Shown here piece after piece: positions 25,708-39,297 of a DNA stretch of 64,000 bases. The DNA lies in the NCBI GenBank assembly GCA_043228905.1, contig JBHGNT010000014.1, positions 15,066,001-15,130,000 on the forward strand, given 5' to 3'. How positions within the stretch are numbered: the stretch's first letter is position 1; every line of letters begins with the position of its first letter. The notes beneath the pieces are model-generated. The model searched no databases and had not been told where the DNA came from. It saw only the letters and a program-made list of their open reading frames with translations. Both the position numbers and the translations under genes were made by a program. This DNA is from Azolla caroliniana (lineage: Eukaryota > Plantae > Polypodiophyta).

Positions 25708-28516
25708 GGTATACAGACGCGGATTGGGCAGGCTACAAAGCCGATCGATGATCGACCTCCGGATTTTTTTTCCCTCGGCAGTGGAGTGATTTCGTGGAGT
25801 AGCAAGAAGCAGCCTACCGTCGCTCTTTCGAGTACGGAGGCGGAATACAGGGGCGCAACTGTAGCTGCATGTGAAGCCGTATGGCTCAAGAGGATTTTGA
25901 AGGATCTGGGCGTTCCCATCAAGGATCCGACTCCCCTTTACTACGACAACATGAGTAGTATATATTTGGCTTCGAACCCGGTGTTCCACGCATGCACAAA
26001 GCATATTGAAGTGCACTATCACTTCAGTCGAGAGCACGTACATGCCGGAGATGTCGACCTTCAACACATCAATACGAATCTTCAGACGGCCGACATCTTC
26101 ACCAAAGCCTTAGGAGCCAATAAGCTTCAGCAATTCATGTTAGACCTTGGATTGACGATCCCTGACTTGCCAAGCTTGAGGGGGAGTACAAGCGAGAATC
26201 GGATACCGTCCGAACCGGTACGAGTCGAAGCGGACACCAGAGATCGTCCGAACCAGATACCAACCGAAGCGGACATCAATCAAAAGGAACCAACCCGAGT
26301 TGAGCTTGAGGGGGCGTGTTGAGAATCAAGCTCAACATAGCAGAACGTGTGAACACACCTTTTGAGAATCTATGATTACTCAAAGGTCAAGAGTCACACC
26401 ACTACTCTCTACACATTAACTATGTGTCATAGAATCATATTCTATGACACATAACTAATGAGTTACATATTCCCCATGACTATGAGTCTTCACATTCCCC
26501 AAGAGAGAGAGAGTGGTCGTTGTAAACTTAATGAAGAGAGAGGGTGACTCTATATAAAACACCCTCCTCATACTTCATACTAAGTCAGTTGTGACTCCTT
26601 GTAATGCTACATTTTGTATTTTCTCATTCTACTTGTGAATATACATCTTCTTCTTGAGTATTTCATTTCTCTAGCGTATCTATCTTGTGTTTCTATTATC
26701 TTCTCTAATTCCTCTCACACATACACATAACACACATCTCTTCTGCTACACAAGAATCATATCCGATTCTTTACACATGTATATCAACAATGTTGTATGG
26801 TCCTGGTCATATTTGAACTCGAGACCTGGAGAACAAATACATTAAACACTTGAGCTAACCAAATGGTTTGCTCCTTTTAAATGTTCAATGTGTATGCGTA
26901 TGAGAGATATGCGAATCCATTTGACCATATATGTTTTTTAAAAAGAAAACATATATGTCGAGAGTCCTTATCCCCCCTCATTTACAAGAAAACTATGTTG
27001 GTATGTTACCCAACCTCAAGTCTCATCATTACGATGACATACCCCAAGGTGCAACCCACACACACCTCTTTTCGTAGTAGGCCCACGTGGCCCATCACAT
27101 GGTTACATCATTACGAATTCCTTTCGTAATGATGATCTCATGGTGGCATCATAACCATGTAATGAGGGAGGGATGTTGGATGCGTGTGGCATAGGAGCGA
27201 CCTCACTTGAAATGGTCCAAGCCCTACGCTCTCAACATCATTGCGGCTATGATCGTTTCGTTTTAACGCGCAGTAAGATTGAAGTGACCAATGGGTAAGA
27301 AAAATCGTAACATAACATAGCCAACGAATGATGTAATCGAGATAGGTAATCGAGGCATATAACCTCTACGAACACGAAACATCAAAAAATAAGGGTGAAC
27401 GTAATACGCAATTGAGATATTCACCTCTTACGCATACGACACATATCGCATAACAAATACATAGTAATTGAGGTATTTGTAAGGAAAACGTTCACGGACA
27501 CAACCGATCTCTTAACTCACAATGGGAGGAAAAACAGAAATAAGACGACACAGTGTGTTAACGTGGAAAAAACTAATCGAGAAAACCACGGGAGCCCATA
27601 GACTTCGAACTATACCATTAGAAAGAGGATGGGTACAATGAGAGGCTCAGAGGCAACGACCTCGAGCTCTACCTTCGCCAACCGGGGGTTACAACAGATA
27701 CAAGTTCTGTATCTTTCTCTGTCTCTCTATCTATACAACAAAAATACAAATGATCACACCTACACTTCTTCTACATATTACTGTTACCCTAGTTATATTT
27801 ATACTTATATAACTTTGGGGCTATTTATAACTATGACCTCAACAATCACATCGGAACATATTTACTAATATGTCCCTATTTCTTGTTCACATTGGATCTT
27901 TCCGGATACCTTCCGGATCCATCCGGTCCGGTTCCTTCCTCCGACTCGTCTGGTCCGGCTCGTCTAGTTCTCATCAGGATCCCATCCAGAGGGACCAGTT
28001 TCCCAACAAACTCCCCCTTCACTCCGGCATGGGATGTCTCGTCAGTCCGATCCATCTCCGGTATGCGTCCAACTTGTCGGCTGACAACACCTTGGTCAAC
28101 ATGTCCCACTCATTCTCCTCGTGGATCTTTGTCAGAACAAAGTCTTTGTCTTCTACCTTCTCTCGAAGCTAGTGGTATCTTCGCTGGATGTGCTTGGTCC
28201 TTGAGTGGTAGACCTCATTCTTTGCAAGGTGGATGGCACTTTGACTGTCGCAATAGAGCCGATATTCCTCCTGTCGGATCCCTAACTCTCCGATGAAGTC
28301 CTTCATCCAGATTACCTCATTGACGGCTTTCACGACCTCCATATACTCCGCTTCTGTTGTTGACAGTGCTATGGATTTCTGTAGTCACGACTGCCACGAT
28401 ACAACTAGCTCCCCTACATAAGTCATGACGTATCCGGACGTGGACCGGTTGGTGTCTGCATTAGTCGACGTGTCCAAATCAGTGAAGCCTTCCAGTTGGG
28501 GTTTCCCTGAGCTGAA

Positions 28517-29344
28517 TGTGAGGCACACGCACACACACATATCCACACCCGGTTACGACCGACACCTCTACACCGGTGACCATGCACGCACCCTCTCTCG
28601 TATCCTACGTTACCTTGAAACACAGACACACACACACATGCAACGCTTGCTGCGACGCCAGTTCCACACAGAGAGGAAGAGAGAGCCTGCATTCCAGGGC
28701 CGGTCGGGGAGCTCCCAAGCTCGTTCGCGCGATGGGACCCTTGTGCAGGGCACACCTCTTCCAGAACGACCGCCTCCTGTGCCAAGCCGCTTTAGGGAGC
28801 GTACGAGCTCGATGAACCGAGTAGGGTCTTGCACGCCAAGGAGGGAAGACAACCAACGAACCACCTAGCGCGCGGGCTCTTCACAGGAGACAAAAGCCAA
28901 CACCCACACACACAGACGTACCAGACCGTGGAGTACTGAGAACCAACGAGTAGGAACACAAGAAAAGCATAGACAGATGGCACCGAAACCCTAACAGAGA
29001 ATAGAGACAACACACACACACCAAGATGAAACCCTAACAGAGAATATAGAAAGACGTTATACACAGAAGTTCATTAACACTAAACGGAACCTCAAAACGA
29101 GGAACAAAACTGTTTGGGACCCAACGGGTGGGAACCCTTGTACAAGAAGCATGACCTCCCTTTTATAGAACAAGGTGAGCGCGTGACTATGTGGGATAAA
29201 TCCCGTGATACATGGGATTGTCCGTCCTGACTTAATTGCCACTCGGCTTCATAAAGGCGCCCCCATTTCCCTATACAAGTTTTACAAGAGTGGGTGCACA
29301 TGGCGCACCTTGCCGATTCCTCCAATATCTCCTGGTTCCTCACC
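28517..29344 (-). mobile_element. LTR-like fragment of unknown family
   Basis: Starts tgtgagg exactly where C coding stops and ends cctcac (imperfect terminal inverted repeat); reverse-strand TATA-like site at about 29161; no TSD or partner LTR. Confidence 0.5.
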
Positions 29345-29365
29345 GTAGCCCGGAATCTTCATGAA

Positions 29366-29935
29366 AATGGGCCAATCGTAAAGGCGTTGGTACAGGCATG
29401 TGATGGCCAAGTTGGGAACTGGCCGCAGCTCCTACCTTACGCATTGTGGGCGGACCGAACTACGCATAGTTCGGTAACCAGGTTCATATCGGCGGAGCTG
29501 ATGTATGGGCAGAAGCCGATCATGCCGATGGAGCGAACGATCTCCTCATGGGTTGCGGTGGACTGGAGAGACGAGATTAGCCGGGAGGAGCTGTTAGCGG
29601 CGCGAATCTGACAGCTTGAGCGAAGACCAAAGAATGTGGAACGAGCAACGGCGAAGCTGCACGCGGTAAGGACAAAGAACAAGGGGTGATTTGACCGGAC
29701 TCACCAACTATGACCGAAGAAAATCAAGGAAGGCGACTGGGTTTTGGTCTACGACAGTAGCCTCGACAACCAGCACAAGGCGATGCGGAAATTTACGAGG
29801 AGGTGGTTCGGGCCTTACATGGTGACAAGCGCCAACGACAACGACAGCTACCATCTCGCGGAGCTCGACGGAACGAGAATCGCTGTGCCGGTGGCCGGGA
29901 AGAGGATCAAGGCATTCAAGAAGCGGCACGAGGAC
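29366..29935 (+). pseudogene. Gypsy integrase C-terminal fragment related to F
   Basis: GPIVKAL..WPQLLPYALWADRTTHSSVT..RKFTRRWFGPY..YHLAELDG aligns with F 62993-63560. Confidence 0.88.
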
Positions 29936-30289
29936 TGGGACCGAGCTCTTCTCCTCTCTCTTTCATCGTTCTTTGTAGGTTTTGAGAGGCTACCTCTGCT
30001 TTGTGGAAAGGCCAAGTGCTTCCGGTAGAGGCTCCATCTCGTGTTGTCCGTGTGCGTTGTGTGAGTTGGGGTAAGCGTGTTGACGCTTATCGGCTAGCCG
30101 GCTGTAATCTTGATCATAAATATATATTTGCCTTATTTGTTGTTCGATCTTCATTGTGAGTTCTCTGTGTATTTGTGTGCGCGGCTCGGCCGTGGCTTCG
30201 TGTCGCTCCTCCCTCTGTTCGGTTATTCCCCGGTTCAGGGCCCCCGCGGTCCCGCCATGGTTTCTCCTACGCGTGCAGAATAACACGAC

Positions 30290-33200
30290 AACACGACAAA
30301 AGCTTGTCCTGAAGTCGGAGAAATGCATCCTCATGGGTTACTCGCTTGAACAGAAGGGGTACAAATGCTACAATCCATCTTCCCGAAAAGTTTGAACAAG
30401 TCAAGATGTTGTCTTCAACGAGTCCACATCCTGGTATGCACTAGAGACAACTTTGATTCCGACTCCGCTCGACCCGGAATACACCGAAATAGAGGCAGAA
30501 GCCGAAGATCGACTTGACAGGGACTACACACTCCCTTTGAACAATGCTCGGCCACAACCGAGCCTAGAATAAAACACAGAAAACAGGGAATGAAACACAA
30601 CACGATAGAGCGAAGAGTACACAGGATGTTTACGTGGAAAAACCCAAACTTGGGAAAAAACCACGACAGCCCACAGACCGCAAACTATCACTATGTCAGA
30701 ATGTACAATAAGAAGGCACCGAGGCCACGACCTCGAGCTTGTTATCTTCGCCACAGGCGGCGGTTACAATTGGAGGCAACGACCTCTTCCTCTCTCTCAC
30801 TCTCTCTGTACACAATTGCACGCTCTGATCTTGCGCCAACAAGAAGGACAACAACTATCTTCATAAGTTTGCCCTAAGTCATATTTATACTAATATGACT
30901 TTTTGGCTATTTACAAATATAGCCACGATGGACTCTCAGAAACATATTTACAAATGTGTCTCTTCATCCGGTTCTCACCGGGCCTGCATCATCCGGCACT
31001 TGCCGGGTACTCATCATCCGGTTCTCATTGGGTTTGCACCATCCGGCTCTCCGTAGCCGGGTACTCGTCATTCGGTTCTCACCGGGTCTGCACCATCCGT
31101 CTCTCCGTAGTCGGGTACTCGTCATCCGGTTTCCACCGTGTCTGCACCATCTGGCTCTCCGTAGCCGGGTATTCGTCATCCGGTTTCCGCCTCGGCCTAT
31201 CGGCCTCGGCCGAGTTTGCTCATCGGTACTGTTCTTCTCACTTCCCATCTGGAGGGACCTATTTCCTAACACGACTTACACGCATGTTCAACGAAAGTCC
31301 AATCACGACCCGAATAAGTGGGCCACAAGAACCTTCGAGTGATCAAAGCACATGTTGGCCGAGTCTGAAGCTGGACAAAGGGAAGGCGAAAATGCCGGAG
31401 TATGAAGATGATCACTTCAACGACAACGAATTGACTCACTCCCTTGATAGTGAGTTCGAAGGCCTTGACATCAGGATAAATGGAGTGAAGAAAGCCTTAG
31501 TATCTGCAAACAAGAAGCTCTGCCGATCCACTTGTGAAAAGAACCCCGTAAGCCGATTCAGCTACAACAATTACATGGCGTATCATTACGCCTTTATGAT
31601 GAAGGTAGTGTCAGTACGGGAGCCAAAAACCCTTTCCGAAGTTGTAAAGCATCTGCGATGGATCGACACGATGAATGAAGAAATGCAAGCCCTATGCAAA
31701 AATGAGAGATGGATCTCATGCCTCACATTCCGCACAAGAAATCAATTGGCTGCCAAGGGATTTACAAAGTGAAACACAATCCCGACAGCTCCATAAATCA
31801 CTTCATAGCATGACTTGTTGCGAAAGGATACGCACAAACACATGGAGTTGACTACGAAGAGACCTTTGACCCAGTGGCAAAGATGACAACATGGTTGCAA
31901 TCAGAACAACAAAAGGGTGGCACCTCCATCAGATGGACGTGAAGAACGCCTTCCTCCAAGGGGAACTAGAGGAGGAAGTGTACATGATCCAACCACCCGA
32001 CTTTGAATCGTGCCATCATCCGAATGCTGTGTGCTGACTCAAGAAGCCACTCTACGGCCTCAAACAAGCACCGCGTGTGTGGCATTCGAAGATCACACAA
32101 GATCTTGATCAAATCAGATTTCGAATGTCAAAATCGGATAATTATCTGTACATCTGAAATGAGTCGGATAGCCCGATTGTCATCATCCTATACGTGGATG
32201 ATTTGGTCATCGGAGGAAAGGATCTCGTCGAGATTAACAATGTCAAAACACTTCTCTCCGGTAGTTCATTGGTCCATTACTTCTTAGGCATCGAAGTAAT
32301 TCACACACCAGTCGGGATAATGATCTCACAATTAACTAAGTCATCAACTTACTCTACAAGTTCTTGATGATGGAATGCAAACCTGTGTCCACCCCGCTTG
32401 ACCGTAATCTCAAGCTTGATGTTGATTCTAGCACAACCAAGTGTGAGACAACTCAGTATCGCCAATTGATCGGCAACCTCATCTACCTAATCATTACGTG
32501 ACCCGACCTCAACTATTCAGTCGACCTACTTAGCCGATTCATGCAGAATCCACAAAACCTTCATCTTGATTGCGTTAAGAGGGTACTTCGGTACGCCAAT
32601 CGTACGATGGATTACGGCATCAAATACATGTCTAATACGATAATTCGACTTGAGGGGTACACTAACGTGGACTGGGTAGGTTATAAAGAGGATAAACGGT
32701 CAACATCAGGATTCGTCTTCTCCCTCGATAGCGCAACAATCTCATCGAGTAGCAAGAAGCAACCGACAGTCGCCATGTCGAGCATGGAGGCCGAATACAG
32801 GGGTGTGGCAGTTTCCGTGTGCAAAGCCCAATGGCTCAAGCGTATACTGAAGGATCTGGGTGTACCCATCAAGGATCCGATTTTTCTATACTGCGATAAC
32901 ATGAGCAATATCTACCTGGCGCAGAAACCCGTATTCCACGCACGGACTAAGCATGTCGAAGTGCACTACCACTTCATTCGCGAACGTGTGCAGGTCGGAG
33001 ATATAGACTTACACTACATCAGCATGAATCTACAAGTAGCCGACATTTTCACAAAAGTCCTGGGTATTGACAAGCTAGAGTAGTTCGCGTTGAACCTTGG
33101 CCTATCTATTCCCGACCAGCCGAGCTTGAGGGGGAGTATAGAACAGTGAACCGATCGATTGATCGAAGTCGAAAAGCCGAACAATCGAAGTTCGAAGCGT

Positions 33201-33465
33201 TCCGAAGACCGATTCGAAACAATTTTTAAATATCCAGAAGTTGTGTTCGAAGGGGCATGTTGAGAATCGAACTCAACTTCCCATAGAAATAGGTTTCACA
33301 CTAGCTCATGGATATACCAGGCTAGTTTTGTAAATAGTACAAAGGGCCCTTGCCCTAGTTTAGTTGGTATTTAAACCAACCTTTTGTAACTTTGTTACTA
33401 GTGGAAGAAATACATAATTTTCTTATCCTAAGACTCTCTCTCTCTCTCTGTGTTTTTCATAAGTG

Positions 33466-33519
<54 letters not shown>

Positions 33520-33567
33520 TACACACACAAACCTACCGTTGCATACAATCACTCTCCTTTCTTTACA
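30290..33567 (+). mobile_element. 5'-truncated Copia D (related to A): INT C-terminus, RT, RNase H, PPT and 3' LTR 33258-33567
   Basis: KSEKCILMGYSLEQKGYKCYNP; RNase H ORF 32541-33083; LTR tgttgagaatc...ctttaca containing (CA)n 33468-33517. Confidence 0.85.
30515..31271 (-). mobile_element. Solo LTR (related to the E/H LTRs) inserted in D
   Basis: tgacagg...cctaaca, TSD CGACT (30510-14, 31272-76); removing it restores EDRLTRMF; carries the 54-bp U3 repeats. Confidence 0.93.
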
Positions 33568-33627
33568 TGCAGTCACTGTGTAGGAACACCGTCTTGACAT
33601 CTAGTTGTTCCTCCTCGAGGTCCATGC

Positions 33628-36600
33628 TGTCGAGAACTGAAGGCTCCTTATGCACAACGCTCGGCCACAACCGAGCTTAGGATCATACACAGAAAACGGG
33701 AAACAAATGCACGCGACACAAAGGAGAGAAAAGGTACACAAAATGTTTACGTGGAAAACCCAAAGAGGGAAAAACCACGGCAGCCCACAGGTTGCAAACT
33801 ATCACTATGTTGGAATGTACAAAACAGTGAGTTCACGGAGGCAACGACCTCGTGCTCACGATCTTCGCCACAGACGGCGGTTACAACAGAGGCAACAACC
33901 TCTTTCTCTCTCTCTCTCTCTGTCTGTACACTGTTACGTGCTCTCTCTTCTTCTTGCACCAACGAGAAAAAAATGACAACAACAACTATTTGCCCTAAGT
34001 CATATTTATACTAATATGGCTTTTCGGCTATTAACAAATATAGCCTCGATGGGCTCTCAGAAACATATTTACGAATAAGTCTCTTCCTCCGGTTCTCATC
34101 GGGTCTGCGTCATCCGGCTCTACGTAGCCGGGTGCTCCTCATCCGGTTCTTCACCGGGTCTGTATCATCCGGCTCTCCGTAGCTGGGTACTCCTCATCCG
34201 GTTCATACCGGGTTTGCATCATCCGGCTCTCCGTAGCCGGGTACTCCTCATCCGGTTCACACCGGGTCTGCACCATCCGGCTCTCCGTAGTCGGGTACTC
34301 CTCTTCCGGTTTCGGCCTCGACCGAGATTGTTCGTCGGCACTGTTCTTCTCCCTTCCCATCCGGAGGGACTTGTCTCCCAACAAACTCCCCCTTCACTCC
34401 GGCATGGGGTGTCTTACCAGTCTGATTCTCTTCCGGCATGCATCCAACTTGTCGGGTATCAGCACTTTGCTCAGCATATCTGACCCGTTCTCGGCCGTGT
34501 GGATCTTCGTCAGCGCGAACTCCTGGTCATCTACTCTTTCCCGGATCTAGTGATATCTTCGCTGGATATGCTTCGCCCGAGAATGGTAGGCCGCATTCTT
34601 AGCAAGGTGGATGGCACTTTGACTGTCGCAATAGAGTCGGTATTCCTCTTGCCGGATAGCGAGCTCTCCGATGAAGTCCTTCATCCATAATATTTCCTTG
34701 CCGGCTTCCACAACCGCCATGTACTCCGCCTCTGTGGTCAACAATGCAACTGTCTTCTGCAACCTCGACTGCCACGAAACAGCTCCCCCTGCATATGTCA
34801 TTACATACCTGGATGTAGACCGGCTGGTATCCACATCAGCCGACATGTCCGAATCGGTGAAACCGTCCAGTTGAGGTTTTCCGAAACCGAATCGGAGACA
34901 CATATTTGAAGTGCCCTTCAAATAACGGAGTATCCATTTGACCGCGTTCCAGTGCTCCTTGCCGGGATTGCTCATAAACCGGCTCACCACTCCGACTGCG
35001 TATCCTATGTCCGGTCAGGTACAAACCATTGCGTACATCAAGCTCCCGACGGTAGAGGCATATGGAATTTTCATTATATCCGCCTTCTCTGCTTTCGTCT
35101 TCGGGCTTTGCTTACCGGATAGCTTGCAGTTTGCCGGAAGTGTCGATCTGACCGGTTTTGCTTCTGACATGTTGAACCGGTGAAGCATCTTTGTCACGTA
35201 CTTCTCCTGTGACAACCATAATTGCTTCTTTGACCGGTCCCGAATGATATGCATCCCCAGCAGCTGTCTTGCCGGACCCAAGTCTTTCATTGAGAAGGTC
35301 CGGTTGAGAGCCTTCTTCAGCATCCGTATTTTGACTTGGTCACGTCCGACGATCAACATGTCATCCACGTAAAGGAGTATCAAGAAGTCTCCTCCTTCGT
35401 ACTTCTTCACAAACACGCAGTGATCGGCCTGCGTCTTGTGGTATCCTTGATCGGTCATGAAGGAATCGAACTTCCGGTACCATTGTCGGGGAGCCTGCTT
35501 CAGTCCGTACAGGCTCTTCTTCAACCGGCATACCAGGTGCTCCTTCCCTTTCTCCACAAATCCTTCCGGTTGCTGCATGTAGATCTCCTCTTCGAGGTCG
35601 CCGTGAAGGAATGCCGTCTTCACGTCCAGCTGCTCTACCTCAAGGTCCATGCTTGCCGCTATACTCAGCACCGTCCGGATGGAGGTCATCTTTACTACCG
35701 GGGCAAATATCTCATCGAAGTCCACGCTGTTCTTCTGCTGGAAACCCTTCACCACGATCCTGGCTTTGTATCTCGGGGGGTTTCCGGCATCTCCCGGTTT
35801 CAACTTGTACACCCACTTGTTTCGGAGTGCCCGCTTTCCTTTCGGCAACTCCACCAATTCGTACGTATGGTTCTCATGTAGGGAATCCATCTCGTCCTGC
35901 ATGGCACTTAACCATTTTCGGCTGTGGGTGTCATCCTTCGCTTCTTTGAAGCTTTCTGGCTCCCCCTCATCGGTCAGCAGAACATGCTCTACATCCGGAA
36001 ATCTCCAGGGGGACCTTCTCTCTCTGAGAGGGTATCTCCGTCTTTGGGCTTCGGTAGCCGGCTCCTCCATTTGCTCTTCATCCGAATCCGATTCGGGATC
36101 TAGGCCGGTTCCGGTCTCAGCTTCCTCTACTTCTTCTTCTGCCGGTTCGGTATCCTCACCGTATCCGGCTGGTTCTTCGAGTGCTAACCGGTCTCTCGCT
36201 GGTTGGGTCTGCTCATCGTAGAGTCGATCCTTACCGGTCGACTCAGAATTCATTATCTTCTTCTCCGACTCCCAGTCGGCGAGTGTCTTGTCCTCCATGA
36301 AGATAATATCTCGACTCCGGAATACCTTCTTGTCGACCAGGTCCCACACTCGGTAGCCGAACTCATCGTCACCGTAACCGAGGAATATGCATGGCCGGGT
36401 CTTTGGGTCTAACTTTCCTCTCCGGTCCTTTGCTACATGCACGTACACGAGACACCCGAACACCTTCAGATGCCGGTAGGACACTTCCTTACCGGTCCAT
36501 ACTCTCTGTGGGGTGTCTCCGTCCAAGGGTACTGAGGGTGATCTGTTTATCACGTATGTCGCCGTCGACAATACCTCAGCCCAAAACTTCTTGGGTAGTT

Positions 36601-39297
36601 TTGCATGCGCTAGCATACTCCGGACCCTCTCCATTATGGTCCGGTTCATCCTCTCGGCCAGTCCATTTAGTTCCGGTGTCTTCGGCACGGTAAATTCGAG
36701 CCGAATTCCATTCGAGCGGCAGTACTCCTCGAACTGCCCCTAGTACTCTCCTCCGTTATCTGCTCGGACCGCCTTCAGCTTCCGGCCGGTTTCTCTTTCC
36801 ACTCTCGCATGGAGCTCTTTGAAGATGGATAACACCTGATCCTTCGGCTTCAACGGTGTGGCCCACAACCTCCGGCTGTGGTCATCTATGAACATCACGA
36901 AGTACTGCGCTCCGGCATGTGACTTCGTGTCTACTTGACACACATCCGTATGCACCAACTCCAGTGGTGCATTACGTCTCATCGGTGGCCTTGATCGAAA
37001 GGAGGTCCGGTTCTGCTTACCGGCCAGACAATCAGTGCACTTCTCTAAGTGCACGTTCTTCACTGGAATGAGGTTGTCGTCTGCAAGCCTCTTCATCCCC
37101 TTTTCGCTCATATGACACAGAGAAGTGCACGTTCTTCACTGGAATGAGGTTGTCGTCTGCAAGCCTCTTCATCCCCTTTTCGCTCATATGACACAGCCTC
37201 TTGTGCCACAGCTCACCAGCAGTGTCGGATGCCACGTTCACTTCTTCCGGGCATAACCGGGCATTCATCAGATACAATGTGTTGACCTTCCGGGCCCGAG
37301 CCACAATCAGGCTCCCTTTGCTGAACTTCATGACACTGTTCCGGATGCTACCCGTGTAGCCTTCATCATCTAGCCGACCGGCTGATATCAGGTTCAGACG
37401 AACCTTCGGAACGTGTCAGACATCCTTCAACAGCAACTTGCATCCGGTTGGTGTTGACAACCACACGTCTCCTATGCCGACAATTCGGCATGTACCTTCA
37501 TTCCCCATCCAGACACAGCCGTGTTCACCTGCTGAGTAGGATGAGAAGCATTTCCGGTCCGGGGTAAGGTGGAACGACGCTCTGGAGTCTACCACCCAGG
37601 TCATCTCGTCGCCGGCAAGGTTTATCTCACACTCCTCGGTGATGAGCATCAACTCTTCTTCACTTGCCGCGATTGCTGTCGTCCCCTTCTGGTCCGGCCC
37701 CCTCCGGTCTTTACCGTTCCGGTCCGAGGTCCGCTTCGAATCGGTACCATTGGTCTCCTTATCTTTTCGGAAATGCCGACAGTTCTTTTGGAAGTGTCCC
37801 GGCTTGCCGCAATAGAAGCAAATAGGCCTCCCCCTTTACTTTGACCGTGTCCCCGACTTCTCCCGGTTCTGGGGACTACGGTTTCTATGTCTTCCGCGTT
37901 CCGATTCGGTAAGGAGCGCTTTGGAGTCGGAGCTCGTACCTTTATCTTTCTGACGCGCCTCCTCATCTAGCAAGCTCGACTTTACTCTTGCTAGGGATAA
38001 CCGTTTTCCTTCCGGTCCGGCGTTGCCCAAAGTGACAACCAACGTCTCCCAGCTATCCGGGAGGGAACCGAGCAGGAGCAGCGCTAGTACCTCATCGGCG
38101 AGAGGTACTTCCAATGACGTTTCCTGGTGTATCAGCCCCTGGAAGGCATTCATATGCTCCGCCATGCTAGAGCCATCTTGGTACCGGAGTCTTACTAGCT
38201 TCCGGAATACCGAAACCTGATTAACAACATTTTTGTTTTGAAACATTATGCTGATCTTCTCCCAGAGCTCATGAGCCTTGCTCTCTTCATTGAAGTTGTT
38301 GTACAGGCTCATGTCGATGAAGCACCGTATGTACGCCGTTGTCTTCATGTGCATCACCTCCCATATCGCGGCGTCGATTTTGTTCGGTCTCTTGTCCCCG
38401 AACTGAACCAGCAGCCAGAGGTCTTTAACCACGAGCATGTCCCTCATCTTCGACTTCCATACCGAATAGTTGGAGCCGGTGAGCTTGAACATGCCGCCAA
38501 ATGATTCGTTCATATTTCTGTGTCGTTTCGCTCTGATACCACTTGTCGAGAACTGAAGGCTCCTTATGCACAACGCTCGGCCACAACCGAGCTTAGGATC
38601 ATATACAGAAAACGGGAAACAAATGCACGCGACACAAAGGAGAGAAAAGGTACACAGAATGTTTACGTGGAAAACCCAAAGAGGGAAAAACCACGGTAGC
38701 CCACAGGTTGCAAACTATCACTATGTTGGAATGTACAAAACAGTGAGTTCACGGAGGCAACGACCTCGTGCTCACGATCTTCGCCACAGACGACGGTTAC
38801 AACAGAGGCAACAACCTCTTTCTCTCTCTCTCTCTGTCTGTACACTGTTACGTGCTCTCTCTTCTTCTTGCACCAACGAGAAAAAAATGACAACAACAAC
38901 TATTTGCCCTAAGTCATATTTATACTAATATGGCTTTTCGGATATTAACAAATATAGCCTCGATGGGCTCTCAGAAACATATTTACGAATAAGTCTCTTC
39001 CTCCGGTTCTCACCGGGTCTGCGTCATCCGGCTCTCCGTAGCCGGGTGCTCCTCATCCGGTTCTTCACCGGGTCTGTATCATCCGGCTCTCCGTAGCTGG
39101 GTACTCCTCATCCGGTTCATACCGGGTCTACATCATCCGGCTCTCCGTAGCCGGGTACTCCTCATCCGGTTCACACCGGGTCTGCACCATCCGGCTCTCC
39201 GTAGCCGGGTACTCCTCTTCCGGTTTCGGCCTTCGCCGAGATTGTTCGTCGGCACTGTTCTTCTCCCTTCCCATCCGAAGGGACTTGTCTCCCAACA
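33628..39297 (-). mobile_element. Tnt1/Tork-like Copia E, full length but defective
   Basis: LTRs 33628-34383 and 38544-39297 (about 2% different); iMet PBS (reverse complement at 38530-41); PPT from 34384; no TSD. Confidence 0.95.
34394..38513 (-). pseudogene. Disrupted gag-pol of E
   Basis: MNESFGGMFKLTGSNY gag, WVVDSRASFH protease, ADNGGEY integrase, YVDDML RT, SWQSRLQ RNase H; stops, frameshifts and a 76-bp duplication. Confidence 0.92.

Larger units (their letters stand above)
16852..26322 (+). pseudogene. Disrupted gag-pol of Copia A (segments 16852-20048 and 25713-26322)
   Basis: Gag KLDRNNFASWEYKM, WFVDSGASNHM protease, FIDDFSR/SDGGKEY integrase, LYVDDL RT, ISWSSKKQPTVALSSTEAEY RNase H; premature stops and frameshifts; RLKGY|TDADWAG split by B. 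Confidence 0.92.
16221..26775 (+). mobile_element. Ty1/Copia LTR retrotransposon A, with internal RT deletion and nested element B
   Basis: 459-bp LTRs 16221-16679 and 26317-26775 (4 substitutions); 5-bp TSD CATGT (16216-20, 26776-80); PBS tggtatcagagc 16680-91; PPT 26305-16; gag-PR-INT-RT-RH order. Confidence 0.97.

Noticed and set aside
29366-29385. Gypsy fragment starts at GPIVKA, the same motif where H interrupts F
   Set aside because: The fragment is clearly diverged from F, so it is not a copy of that junction; treated as coincidence
30274-33572. TGCAG on both sides of truncated D as a possible TSD
   Set aside because: D lacks its 5' LTR and the two flanks come from different sequences; a 5-mer match is expected by chance
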